Origin: a virus
Length of the DNA stretch: 64,000 bases
Direction: 5' to 3' (one strand)
Virus record (IMG/VR): IMGVR_UViG_3300032214_001486
Span: 32,001 to 96,000 of that record
The notes beneath the pieces are model-generated. The model was not told the origin of the DNA and searched no databases. It was given only the letters and a program-made list of their open reading frames with translations. The first letter of the stretch is position 1, and every line of letters starts with the position of its first letter. Position numbers and translations under genes: made by a program. Of this stretch, positions 8,447 through 17,552 are shown in pieces.

Positions 8447-10267
8447 ATGCTGTTCATTGAACGGGTGATTGGTAACGTCAAGGGCGGCGCCGATGTGAAG
8501 ATCGGCCGCTGCACGCTGATCTCTGGCCCAAACGGGTCGGGGAAGTCCACCGTGGTCAATATCATTGAGCTTGCCTTGATGGGCTATGCCTCCGATATTG
8601 TCGGCCGCCCCGAGGTACGCAAAGGGGTAGACCTGATCACGCTGGCGCCGGAAGGCGAGGCCCTAAAGGCCGAGGTCTACACGACCGAGAACGACCGGGC
8701 ACACTTCACCATCGAGCGGAACGGCCCCGGCAAAACGAAGGAAGCCGAGCATGTGGGCCTTGCGGATATTGCCGTGGTGTGGCCCATTCGGGAGGCGGTT
8801 ACCGCGCTGCGCGGGTCAACCGCCACGGCGCGGTCCTTTGTGCTGCGCCACGGCGGGTTGAGCGTAGCTGAGGACAGCATTTTGGCCCGGTTTGGCGACG
8901 AGCAGACCCGGACCCTGTATCAGACCCTTGCGGCCGGCGTGGTGGCCCAGGCAAAGACCGATCTCGACACGGTGGACGTGCTTTTGGGCGTACAGGACGC
9001 CGCGAAGGTGGCAGAACGGACGATCAAGGCCAAGGCCAAGGGCGCAAAAGAGATCATCGACCAGACCAGCGCGACGCTGACGGTTGATTTTGCACCCGAG
9101 GCAGAAAAGGAAGCCGAGGACAAGATCAACGCCTTGAACGAAAAGTTGGCGAACCTGCGCGTTGCTCGCAAGCCCCCGCCGGCTAAGCCTGCGGGTCTGA
9201 GCAAGGCTACGTTTGAGGCCAAAATCAACGCTTTGGTGGATACGATCAACAAGGGGGAACAGCACCTTGCCGACGTGGCCGGGCAGTACCAGAAGTTGAG
9301 CGAGGATTTGGCTAATCCTGGCTTGACCACCCCGCCGGCCCGCACCATCGACCCGGCGCAGGTCGAGGGGGTCATCGCCGCGGACGGAACCTATGCCTTC
9401 CACCAGCAGCACGCGGAATTGGCCCATTGTATTGTGTGCTGGCAGCCCTGGCAGCCGGGGAGCGAGGTTTTGGCCGCCCGGCGTCAGACCATTTCCGGTC
9501 TGCTGACTGCGTACCGCGAGCAAGAACAGAAGATTAGTGATCAGGCGAGTTGGGTCCAGACCGCCAACACCCGGATGCAAGAGCTTATGCGGCAGGGAAA
9601 CACCCTGCACCAGATGAACGTAGCCAATCGAGCCGCGGCGGAAGCCTTCGCAGCGCAGTACCAAGCTGCGGGCGAGGAAGAACAAGAGCAGCCCGTTGAC
9701 TTTTCCGAGATCGACCGGCAGATCAACGAAGTTATGACACAATTGGCTGATGCCCGTAAGGGGCTGACGGAAATTCAGCAGACCCGCGCGAGTTGGGCCC
9801 TGGTACGCAAGGCACAGAAGCAAATCATCGAAGCCAAGCGGGAGTCCGAGGCTGCGAAGAATTTGGCCGAGGAGGCGGGTTCTGTCGCCGATGCTCTGCT
9901 CTCGCAGGGTCGCGCCGGGTTTGTTAGCCGGGTTCAAGCCTTCCTGCCGCCGGACGATGAATTCGACGTGGTGCTCAAAGACGGCAAGCGTTCCGTCTGT
10001 ATGTTTGGGTTCCGGCGAAACGGGGTGCTGCACACGGCGTTGTCGGGCGCGGAATGGGCCCGGCTGACGATTGCGTTGGGCGCCGCCATCATCCCCACCG
10101 AAGGGCGGGTACTGGCTATTCTTACACCCGAAGAACGGGCGTTTGACGCCGATACGCTGGGCGAAGTCATGGAAGCCTTGAAAGCAGCCCCCGGCCAAGT
10201 TATCCTCACCTCGCCAGTAGAGCCCCCGAGCCCGATTGAGGGCTGGACGATGCTTAGACGCGGGTAG
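8447..10267 (+). CDS. Rad50/SbcC/SMC-like ABC ATPase
   Basis: Walker A GPNGSGKS, long coiled coil with central CIVC hook, signature LSGAE, degenerate Walker B ILTPEERAFD. Confidence 0.85.
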   Translation: MLFIERVIGNVKGGADVKIGRCTLISGPNGSGKSTVVNIIELALMGYASDIVGRPEVRKGVDLITLAPEGEALKAEVYTTENDRAHFTIERNGPGKTKEAEHVGLADIAVVWPIREAVTALRGSTATARSFVLRHGGLSVAEDSILARFGDEQTRTLYQTLAAGVVAQAKTDLDTVDVLLGVQDAAKVAERTIKAKAKGAKEIIDQTSATLTVDFAPEAEKEAEDKINALNEKLANLRVARKPPPAKPAGLSKATFEAKINALVDTINKGEQHLADVAGQYQKLSEDLANPGLTTPPARTIDPAQVEGVIAADGTYAFHQQHAELAHCIVCWQPWQPGSEVLAARRQTISGLLTAYREQEQKISDQASWVQTANTRMQELMRQGNTLHQMNVANRAAAEAFAAQYQAAGEEEQEQPVDFSEIDRQINEVMTQLADARKGLTEIQQTRASWALVRKAQKQIIEAKRESEAAKNLAEEAGSVADALLSQGRAGFVSRVQAFLPPDDEFDVVLKDGKRSVCMFGFRRNGVLHTALSGAEWARLTIALGAAIIPTEGRVLAILTPEERAFDADTLGEVMEALKAAPGQVILTSPVEPPSPIEGWTMLRRG

Positions 10268-10278
10268 AGGATTGTGGG

Positions 10279-10587
10279 ATGGATACGCTTGACGCGCTTA
10301 GGTTGATCGGAATTTACAGACTAAGCGAGTCAGGCCGCGAAGATACCGCGATACTGCGCCTTCGGGATTTAATCTTAGAGAGCGTAGAAGATCAGCGCAC
10401 CGACGCCATTGAGGGGATAGACCTAAGCCGTCTATCCCCTCCGATTTTGTTTTGGCTATTGGCTTTCCTGCCCAGCGTAGGGTTAAAACGGAATGTCATC
10501 TATGCACGGGTCCAGGGGCAGGTATTGAATTTCCCCCGCCCCCGCCGTGTCCTCCCCTTCACCCTCGCCGTCGTTCCCGCCCCCTAA
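10279..10587 (+). CDS. hypothetical protein
   Basis: GAGG RBS after the ATPase; 3' end overlaps a convergent ORF. Confidence 0.45.
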   Translation: MDTLDALRLIGIYRLSESGREDTAILRLRDLILESVEDQRTDAIEGIDLSRLSPPILFWLLAFLPSVGLKRNVIYARVQGQVLNFPRPRRVLPFTLAVVPAP

Positions 10588-10857
10588 CCGCCAGCCGCAG
10601 ACGGCGTGCTCGGCCCACCAGCGATCTGTTTTCAGCACGCGGAGCGCCCACAGGACCGCCCCCCGGCTCCGGTAGCCCCCGCCCTCGCCGTTCGCGCTCC
10701 GCACGAGCCTAACCCCGTCCTCCCAACGCAAGCCAAAACGGGAGGATTTGTAGCGGGCACCACAAACGCAGTTATCCCCGTCCACCCAAGGTCCGGGCGA
10801 ACGGGGCAAAGGCAGCAGCGCGTTAACGCTGCCCCGGCGGCCTAAACGGGAAGCCAC
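10483..10857 (-). CDS. small protein ending in SSB-like DDIPF tail
   Basis: CVCG motif; acidic C-terminus ending CIDDIPF; GTG start uncertain. Confidence 0.5.
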   Translation of the reverse strand: MASRLGRRGSVNALLPLPRSPGPWVDGDNCVCGARYKSSRFGLRWEDGVRLVRSANGEGGGYRSRGAVLWALRVLKTDRWWAEHAVCGWRLGGGNDGEGEGEDTAGAGEIQYLPLDPCIDDIPF

Positions 10858-11031
10858 ATCGCCAGAAACAAAAGAGCCATGAAAAGGGCCACCCCGGCCG
10901 CGTCCTGCACGTCTTTCACGCTCACGCTCACTCCCTGGCCCGGTGGGCCCCGGCCCGGCGGGGGATTGCCGAGCGACAACACCCACCTATCAAGCCCCCG
11001 CTGACCTGTCAAGGGGGGAAGGTAAAAGAAC

Positions 11032-11466
11032 ATGAGCGCCCCCGCAAAACAGCGTCGGCAAGCAGCTTTTGAGGCCCTGGTCCGCAAGCGGGTCACGCAG
11101 GCGGGCGCGGCCTTCCCCGACTTGCCGCTGCGCGTGTCGGTGTCGCTGGGCGATCCCGCGGAATTTCCAGAAGATCGTAACTACGCATATTCTGCCTGGG
11201 ACGGGGACTCAGCTTCTATCGTTTTCTCGCCAAAGGTGCTCGACGCGGACGCGGAGCAGCAGGACGCGCTATTGCGGCATGAATTGTCGCACGCGGTTTT
11301 GCAGCACGCCGGGCTCCCCCACAGCGAAAGGGACTGCGACGACGCAGCAGAGCGTATTTTTGGTGACCCTCTGTATTATGATCACCGGGACGTGCAGACC
11401 TTGAACCCCCGCGCCCCCGGCGCCCGCCGGCCGCGGCCCGCCTATCTGCCGACAGGGGAGGAATAA
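11032..11466 (+). CDS. zincin-like HExxH protein
   Basis: LLRHELSHAV..HSE. Confidence 0.65.
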   Translation: MSAPAKQRRQAAFEALVRKRVTQAGAAFPDLPLRVSVSLGDPAEFPEDRNYAYSAWDGDSASIVFSPKVLDADAEQQDALLRHELSHAVLQHAGLPHSERDCDDAAERIFGDPLYYDHRDVQTLNPRAPGARRPRPAYLPTGEE

Positions 11467-11927
11467 TGGTAATTGATCGGGATAGCGATGCGGGCGCTGC
11501 CGCGGGGAGCCTGGGCGGCCTGGGCGGCCTCGACACCCTGGGCGGCATTGAGCCTAACCTTGACTTTTTGGGCGCGGAGCCTGACAGCGCGGAGCCCCGG
11601 CCCGCGGAGCCTGTCTACGCCCTTGTGCAGCATGGGCCTTGCCCTGCCGTTGGTGTACCCGTGGGGGAGAGATACCGGAATTATCTCTTTCCGCAGGCTG
11701 TCTGCGCCGATCTGAGGCTTAGGGGGCAAGTGGGGGAGATCAAGTATGGGCACGGGCTGACCGTGGGCTGGAACGCAGCAGACACCGCGCTATATCAGGA
11801 AATTTTGGACGGCTGCCAGTATGCAGTCGCGGGGCAACGGGTTATCCTCGCCCACGTCTTAGCGTGGCTGGCTTTTTGGCTTCGATTTAGCCTGCACCAC
11901 GCTTGGCTTAGGGGGAACGGTGGGTAG
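11466..11927 (+). CDS. hypothetical protein
   Basis: GGAGG RBS; overlaps both neighbours. Confidence 0.6.
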   Translation: MVIDRDSDAGAAAGSLGGLGGLDTLGGIEPNLDFLGAEPDSAEPRPAEPVYALVQHGPCPAVGVPVGERYRNYLFPQAVCADLRLRGQVGEIKYGHGLTVGWNAADTALYQEILDGCQYAVAGQRVILAHVLAWLAFWLRFSLHHAWLRGNGG

Positions 11928-12753
11928 TGACGGCGAAAAGTTGGCCGGTTTTGACGATTATCTCAGGGACCGCGGGTTGAGCGCAAACACCCGCCGCAGC
12001 TACTTAAACGTAGCCATTCAAGCGGGGCAAGAACCAGAGGCGACGCTGCGCTGGTATACCGGCTTGCTTGCGAAACGGGCGCCCATCGGCACAGTCCAGC
12101 AGGCTCGCTCTGCGCTGGCCCGCTGGTACACCTACCTTAAACAGCCCGAGCACATCGTCGCTCTGCCCCCAGCCCGCGGCAAACAGCGGGAGCATCGCCA
12201 AGGGCTCACCGATGGTCAGTTAGGGCTATATTTATCGGAAGCAGACAAGCAAAAAGAGCCTGCGCGCACCATTCTCGCTCTACTGCCCCGGACGGGGTTG
12301 CGTATCTCAGAGATATGCCAATTGCGGTTAGATCAAGTCAAAAGTACCGAGGAAGTTCACTACTTTAGCTTCCGAGGCAAGGGGGATAAGCCGCGCGTTG
12401 TGCCGCTCGGGGCAGAAGGCTTAGCCGTGCTGCGGGCTTACCTTGACTGGCGGGCCAAGCGAAAAGCCCTCGCCGCGTCGCCCTTCCTGTTTCCCGGCCG
12501 CGGAGGCTCGCACTACCGGCCCAATACCATCCGTAGGGTCTGCGCAGATATTCAGCAGGGTTGTCCTGACCTTGATGGTCTGTCCCCTCACGTTCTGCGC
12601 CACACTTACGCCACCAGGGCCGTTGTCAACGGGGTCGATTTGGCCCGCCTCCAAAAACTTTTGGGTCACGGCTCTATCCGTACCACTGAGCGTTACTTGC
12701 ACCCGACCGTGCAAGACCTCTCGGCGGCGGTTACAAAGGTCGCGGGACTTTGA
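11920..12753 (+). CDS. XerC/D-like tyrosine recombinase
   Basis: SANTRRSY, TGLRISE, GKGDK, HVLRHTYAT, LLGH, TERY (complete R-K-H-R-H-Y set). Confidence 0.95.
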   Translation: MGSDGEKLAGFDDYLRDRGLSANTRRSYLNVAIQAGQEPEATLRWYTGLLAKRAPIGTVQQARSALARWYTYLKQPEHIVALPPARGKQREHRQGLTDGQLGLYLSEADKQKEPARTILALLPRTGLRISEICQLRLDQVKSTEEVHYFSFRGKGDKPRVVPLGAEGLAVLRAYLDWRAKRKALAASPFLFPGRGGSHYRPNTIRRVCADIQQGCPDLDGLSPHVLRHTYATRAVVNGVDLARLQKLLGHGSIRTTERYLHPTVQDLSAAVTKVAGL

Positions 12754-12768
12754 TTAGAGGGGGGTAAT

Positions 12769-13554
12769 ATGTCAAAGGCAGAAAAGGTACGCGCTCTATT
12801 CCGCACCGCGGCTGATTTTGGGGCGACTGAGAATGAGCGGCAGGTAGCGGAACGCTTTGCGTGGGAGCTACTGCGAAAGGACGAAAGCCTAATCCAAGAA
12901 ATTGCGGCCTCTGTGTTGCAGGAGGCCCAAGATCAGGGGCGGGAGCCTCAGTGGCCCTCACCGTTGTTCTTCGACGTGTGGACCCGTACCCAGCAGGCCA
13001 AGGCGGCCCAGGCATCCGAGGCCCGCCGGCAGGAGCAGGAGCGCAAGCAAGCTGGCGCCCGCGCTCGCGCACAAGCTGCCGCTGACGCTCGCGCGGCGGG
13101 GTTGCGGGCTGCCGCGGCGGCTGCTGCTGCCTCCGCTGCCGCTGCCGCTGGGCCCCCGCCGGGTTGGGTGCCGCCGGGTCTGCCGCCGGGGCCGCCGCCG
13201 GGCCCACCACCGGGACCGCCGCCGGGTTGGGTGCCGCCGGGTTGGGCTCCGCCGGGTTGGGCCCCGCCGCCTGCTGAAAATCGGTGGGAGCGGCTGAAGA
13301 ACGTGGCCGCGGAATGGATCGGGGACACCTTAGAGGAAGTCGCGGACGGGCTCAACCTTGTCGAGCAGATCAACGAGGAAGTAAACGTCAGGATTTCCGA
13401 CACAAGCAAAACGGTGACCGTCAAAGTCACCTTCCCCGTTGAATTGGTGCGGGAAATCTACGAAGAACATGGAAATTTAGATGAATTCTCCCGGCTTGTC
13501 GGGGTGAAGATGGGCGAGGATCTGGCCCAGGCTTTCCGCGACTCGGGGTACTGA
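12769..13554 (+). CDS. DUF2786-like N-terminal protein with PPG(W) repeats
   Basis: EKVRALF..ATENERQVA..A.ELL N-terminus; Ala run and PPG repeats. Confidence 0.6.
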   Translation: MSKAEKVRALFRTAADFGATENERQVAERFAWELLRKDESLIQEIAASVLQEAQDQGREPQWPSPLFFDVWTRTQQAKAAQASEARRQEQERKQAGARARAQAAADARAAGLRAAAAAAAASAAAAAGPPPGWVPPGLPPGPPPGPPPGPPPGWVPPGWAPPGWAPPPAENRWERLKNVAAEWIGDTLEEVADGLNLVEQINEEVNVRISDTSKTVTVKVTFPVELVREIYEEHGNLDEFSRLVGVKMGEDLAQAFRDSGY

Positions 13555-13583
13555 CCAAAATGTAACCGACGTGTCATCGGGGG

Positions 13584-13937
13584 TTATGGCGGGGTGTCGC
13601 CGGTCGAGTTGACAAATTGAATGGACAAGATCGGCGTACCCGCCCCGTTGTTTTTGACCCGCATGACGATAGAGCTAATGCCCCCAAAACGTCCACAGGG
13701 GCGATACTTTGCCGTGCCAATTCTCAGCGTGACAGCCGAGCCGGGAGGCACGATGACAGAATTTGCAGTCGTAAGCGCCGTGGCGGTGCTCACAAAGCCA
13801 AAGAGGGCCGAGTTTGTACCGTCCTCGTTGTAAACAATGACGGTGTGGCAGTTGTCCGAGGGTTGTGTCCCCACGGTCGCGGTTGCCGCCCCCGTTGTGA
13901 CTTCAACCGTATCCATCAGGTTCGTACTTAAAGCCAT
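13584..13937 (-). CDS. small beta-rich protein, possible virion component
   Basis: GAGGGG RBS before ATG 13937; alternating beta pattern, VPPGSAVTL. Confidence 0.55.
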   Translation of the reverse strand: MALSTNLMDTVEVTTGAATATVGTQPSDNCHTVIVYNEDGTNSALFGFVSTATALTTANSVIVPPGSAVTLRIGTAKYRPCGRFGGISSIVMRVKNNGAGTPILSIQFVNSTGDTPP

Positions 13938-13992
13938 GTTGAGCCCTCGACGGGAGAATGATAGGCATAGCACACCCTTGGAGGCCGCCGCT

Positions 13993-14442
13993 ATGCACAA
14001 CGAAGATCAAAAAGTCGGTCAAGGCTCCGAGGGCGTTCTCGGGGCGACCCGCAAGCCAATGTATCACGGGGGACTAAAAGAGCGCAAGGGCAAGGTTTTC
14101 CCGGCTAAGACCCTGGAACAAATGCGTACCGACCTTGATCTGACCGTGGAGGACTTCGCGCGCCTGCTCGGGTTGAGCTTCATGGCGGTCTACAATTGGG
14201 AACGGGGCGGCGGCATGGTGGAGGTGTCCGACCTTCAATCCCGCATCCTGACCGCCCTTAATCACATGACCGTGGCGCACCCGGACCTGTATTGGGCCGA
14301 CGACGTGAGCAAGGCTGTGGTCAATCAGGGCGGTCTGTACGGGCTCTACAAGCTGTTGACGCACTACTACCGCTCCCTCGCCCAGCAGCAAGCCCAGCGT
14401 CGGGCCGCCCAGGCGCAAGCCGCCCTCGCGGACGCCCCGTAA
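13993..14442 (+). CDS. XRE-family HTH transcriptional regulator (start uncertain)
   Basis: MRTDLDLTVEDFARLLGLSFMAVYNWERG; GGAGG before ATG 13993. Confidence 0.8.
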   Translation: MHNEDQKVGQGSEGVLGATRKPMYHGGLKERKGKVFPAKTLEQMRTDLDLTVEDFARLLGLSFMAVYNWERGGGMVEVSDLQSRILTALNHMTVAHPDLYWADDVSKAVVNQGGLYGLYKLLTHYYRSLAQQQAQRRAAQAQAALADAP

Positions 14443-14477
14443 GCCACGTAAGCCCTTGATTTCATGGGTTTTTCGAT

Positions 14478-15196
14478 ATGATCGGGGCTTGAACGGTGCG
14501 TGCTGCCGGCGCGGTGTGCGCCGACGCTCGGGCGCTGCGTTCACACCCCGATCATCGTGTATGGCGATAATGTACCCTTATCACCACACACCAGAATAGG
14601 CTGCTGGACGCTATTCTCGCACTTTCGATCCGTGATCGGGGCTTGAACGGGGCCGCCCTGCTCAGCCGGCGTGCGCGGTGTGCTGGGCGCGGTTATGCGC
14701 TCGGGTCAAGGCCCAACGTACAGAGCGTTCAAGACCCGATCATGGTGCAATTATGCCAAAGAAGAAGCCCTCAGCCACCACGTCGGCCACCACGTCGGCC
14801 ACCACGCCAGAGAACAATCCGGGGGCGTGGGTGCTACGGGCCCCAGACTGGACCGGGGATGCGGAGGCGATCCGAGCGGACGGGTTGATCGTGGACGTGC
14901 GGGAGCGCGGGGCTCAGCTTACGCTTAAATCCCCCCTCGGGGACGTTGTACCCTTGACCCCTAAAGACGTAGCCGGGTTGGAGGCTTGGTTAGGGGGGCC
15001 TTTCGAGCCTTTGTTCCCCCCGGATATATCTACCCCCTGCTTCTACATTCCAGCGAAATACTACACGTCCTCCGCGCAGCTACGGGCCAAGTTAGATCAG
15101 CTTATGCCTGCCCCCCTTCGGGTGTGGGTAGCAGGCCGCGCCTGGGGTGCGTAGCCGGGCGTAGCCGGGTGCGTAGCGTTCAAGACCCGATCATGG
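14478..15196. repeat. five copies of an 18-bp motif (RTGATCGGGNYKTGAACG) in both orientations
   Basis: + at 14478-14495 and 14632-14649; - at 14538-14555, 14726-14743 and 15177-15194. Confidence 0.9.
14753..15154 (+). CDS. hypothetical protein flanked by 22-bp direct repeats
   Basis: MPKKKP(SATT)x3; lies between AGCGTTCAAGACCCGATCATGG copies; RBS weak. Confidence 0.55.
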   Translation: MPKKKPSATTSATTSATTPENNPGAWVLRAPDWTGDAEAIRADGLIVDVRERGAQLTLKSPLGDVVPLTPKDVAGLEAWLGGPFEPLFPPDISTPCFYIPAKYYTSSAQLRAKLDQLMPAPLRVWVAGRAWGA

Positions 15197-15248
15197 GGAA
15201 GTCAGCCAAAATGAGCCACGAAAGCCCACTTTGGCTGACCGTGCCCAT

Positions 15249-15671
15249 TCACTGACCAAAGTAGAAGCCGACCGCCGTGGTAAACGCGCCAATGAGCGCG
15301 GTGACTGCGGGGATCACAATGCTGCGTACCCGTAGCTCCGTGAGTTGGGCCCCGCGGGCTTCCCGCTGCTCGTCGAGCTTGATCCTGCGCTCCTCTAAAT
15401 CGTTCCGCCGCCGTTCCTGCTCAGCCATGCGCTCCAATGCCTCCGTTGTCCGCTCCATCAGCGGTTTGAGGCTCAGCAGATTTTCCGCGGTACGTTCCTC
15501 CGCGCTGCGGCTCGCTGCCATGCTTTCGACCACTTCGCGGACAAGGGCGGTCCACGCTTCCTCGACTGATAGCTGGTCGATATGCCCCTGCAAGAGCTTT
15601 GTTTCTTCTGGAAACGCAGGTTTCATGCGTTCCAGAATGAGCGCCACGTCCACGGCTTTCATGCGGGTCAT
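15249..15671 (-). CDS. coiled-coil protein with C-terminal TM helix (holin-like position)
   Basis: IVIPAVTALIGAFTTAVGFYFG; ATGA overlap with endolysin-like gene. Confidence 0.55.
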   Translation of the reverse strand: MTRMKAVDVALILERMKPAFPEETKLLQGHIDQLSVEEAWTALVREVVESMAASRSAEERTAENLLSLKPLMERTTEALERMAEQERRRNDLEERRIKLDEQREARGAQLTELRVRSIVIPAVTALIGAFTTAVGFYFGQ

Positions 15672-16255
15672 GCGCGCTCCCCGACAAGCAGCGTGTACGA
15701 AAACGATTTCCAGCCTCGCTTGGCTGTTTGTTGCCGGCAAAGACTCAGGAAGTGTTCAAATTCCGCGTCCTGCGCCCACACTTGGCAGCCGGCTGACCAT
15801 TTATCGACGTTGGTGGAATTCGTACCCGCCCGGTGAAGGTTAATGCCGAATAGACCTGTCTCTGTTTGTCTCGCGTTCATATCGTGCTGGTTGTCTTTGT
15901 CGGCGTCCCGGTATACCGTCACGGGTTTGACCTGTACCAAAGCTGGCTTTTCGCCCTTGTGTAGACCCAATTGCCAGCAGCCCCGATACTGACCTTCCTT
16001 TAGAATGGCGGTCCCCGCAACCCGTCCAGGGTTCTGTAGCCAGAACGTGCCGGGGTCCGTCGTGATGGTGTAACGGTAGACCTTCCACGTCCCGCTGTCA
16101 TCGCGGTATACTACATAGCAGCAGTCGTCAAACTTGTTTGGCTCCCCGTTCTCTTTGCGGAAACCGACGATATTCAAGTCCCAATTTCCGTTGCGGAACG
16201 CCGTGAAACCTTCACGTTCGACACGGGCTAACACTTGCTCGGCTGTCAAGGGCAT
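15668..16255 (-). CDS. putative endolysin (L,D-transpeptidase-like Cys fold)
   Basis: LNIVGFR..FDD..TTDPG..GQY..FGINLHRA..WSAGCQV (H..SxGC); GAGG RBS before ATG 16255. Confidence 0.7.
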   Translation of the reverse strand: MPLTAEQVLARVEREGFTAFRNGNWDLNIVGFRKENGEPNKFDDCCYVVYRDDSGTWKVYRYTITTDPGTFWLQNPGRVAGTAILKEGQYRGCWQLGLHKGEKPALVQVKPVTVYRDADKDNQHDMNARQTETGLFGINLHRAGTNSTNVDKWSAGCQVWAQDAEFEHFLSLCRQQTAKRGWKSFSYTLLVGERA

Positions 16256-16342
16256 ATTACACCTCGCCTGATGGGGTTGTGACGCCCGAGAGTGTACCCC
16301 AAATGCTCGCCCCCAGGCAAGGGCGGCAGAGGCGCGAGGACA

Positions 16343-16825
16343 ATGAACATGACCACGGTATTTTGGGTCGCTTTGATTATCGGCGTCACCGCGGGCGGCG
16401 CGACCGGCTTTAGCGTAGGCAAGCACCGCGGGAAGGTGGAGGCAGAAGCCGATCTTGCAGCGGCGACTGCAAACGCAGCGCAGATTGCCAAGGCGGTTGA
16501 AGGCAATACACTGGCAATTGCGGGGCTCACAGAAGCGGCGCAGAAGCCCGTCGTGCTCGACGCGGAAACGCGGGCGGCCCTTGCATCGGACGTTCCTACG
16601 GGCTGCCGGGATGAAAAAAGCAGCCTCAGCGCCGCTTGTCTCACCGCTCAATGCTGGCGTTTTCAGCAGGGCAACGGCGGTCGGTCAGACGCAAAGACGT
16701 GTGCAGAATTGGCCGATGACGCCCGTATTCATGCCTGGGTCCAGCTTTGCGCGCAGCCTGACCGGGCGGGCCCCGATTGGGATTGTGTCGCCGCGGGCAT
16801 AAAAGCAGCGCGGGAACAGGACTAA
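16343..16825 (+). CDS. N-terminally anchored membrane protein, spanin-like
   Basis: N-terminal TM helix, Ala-rich helix, six C-terminal Cys; divergent from endolysin-like gene. Confidence 0.45.
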   Translation: MNMTTVFWVALIIGVTAGGATGFSVGKHRGKVEAEADLAAATANAAQIAKAVEGNTLAIAGLTEAAQKPVVLDAETRAALASDVPTGCRDEKSSLSAACLTAQCWRFQQGNGGRSDAKTCAELADDARIHAWVQLCAQPDRAGPDWDCVAAGIKAAREQD

Positions 16826-16880
16826 CCCTGCCCCCGCGCCCTTGCCGCGGCTGTCCACCGTGGGTTGCCGCCGGCCGCCC

Positions 16881-17216
16881 TCAGTCCCGGTAGACCTTTT
16901 CACCCCGCTTGGGCTTGTAGTCGTCATCGACCTGATAGTAACGGCCGATCTTGTATTCTTCGCCGTCATCGGTCATTTTGATCACGGTGCCGGAGAAGTA
17001 GCTATCGCCGTTATGGCCGTTCCAGTCGCGGCCCATCCCTGAACCGGACAGCCGCATAAAATCGCTCAGGTGCATGTACTCGTTCTTGTACTTCACCCAC
17101 CCGTCCGCCTTGGCGTCATCGTCCAGCCAGTCATAGGCAGCGAGCACCTTTTTCGGGACTTCGTAATCATACAGAAACGGCTTAAACTTGCCGTCGCTCG
17201 ATACTACAATAGCCAT
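16881..17216 (-). CDS. hypothetical protein
   Basis: AAAGGAAGG RBS; WNGHNGDSYFSG. Confidence 0.75.
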   Translation of the reverse strand: MAIVVSSDGKFKPFLYDYEVPKKVLAAYDWLDDDAKADGWVKYKNEYMHLSDFMRLSGSGMGRDWNGHNGDSYFSGTVIKMTDDGEEYKIGRYYQVDDDYKPKRGEKVYRD

Positions 17217-17244
17217 CGTGGGCCTTCCTTTGCACCTTAGCGCC

Positions 17245-17532
17245 TTAGTAGCCGTGGGCGGCTTCTTCTAACTGACGCACAATATCTCGGGCCAATTCGT
17301 CAGAATTGCTGCTCGACTCGACCTCGACCACCGCCCAATGCGGATACAGGTAGGCGCCTCCCGTGAACGAATTGTCCCCGGTCTGGAAACTCCACGACTT
17401 CCGGCCCTTGCCGTCCGCGCCCACCGTTAGGGTGATCGCACCCTCCCCGTAGCCGCGAACGTCCTTTTTGACCTCTTTGATCAGGTCGGCAAGGTTGGAA
17501 ATTGCGGGGAACACCATTTTGCCTTTCGCCAT
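17245..17532 (-). CDS. hypothetical protein
   Basis: Same leader as 17216 gene; WSFQTGDNSFTGGAY..PHW. Confidence 0.75.
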   Translation of the reverse strand: MAKGKMVFPAISNLADLIKEVKKDVRGYGEGAITLTVGADGKGRKSWSFQTGDNSFTGGAYLYPHWAVVEVESSSNSDELARDIVRQLEEAAHGY

Positions 17533-17552
17533 TGCGGGCCTTCCTTTGCGCC

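Noticed and set aside
8816-10198. 460-aa antisense ORF
   Set aside because: Shadow of the GC-rich Rad50-like gene; no motifs or RBS.
13090-13275. GC-rich tandem repeats as a DNA element
   Set aside because: They are in-frame codons for Ala runs and PPG(W) peptide repeats inside 12769-13554.
14478-15196. CRISPR array
   Set aside because: Repeats are 18-22 bp, alternate in orientation and are irregularly spaced; no cas genes seen.
11920-15196. Classical integron (IntI plus attC)
   Set aside because: The AAC..GTT geometry is suggestive, but CTTGAAC/GTTCAAG do not fit RYYYAAC/GTTRRRY, and the 277-aa recombinase shows no IntI-specific insertion.
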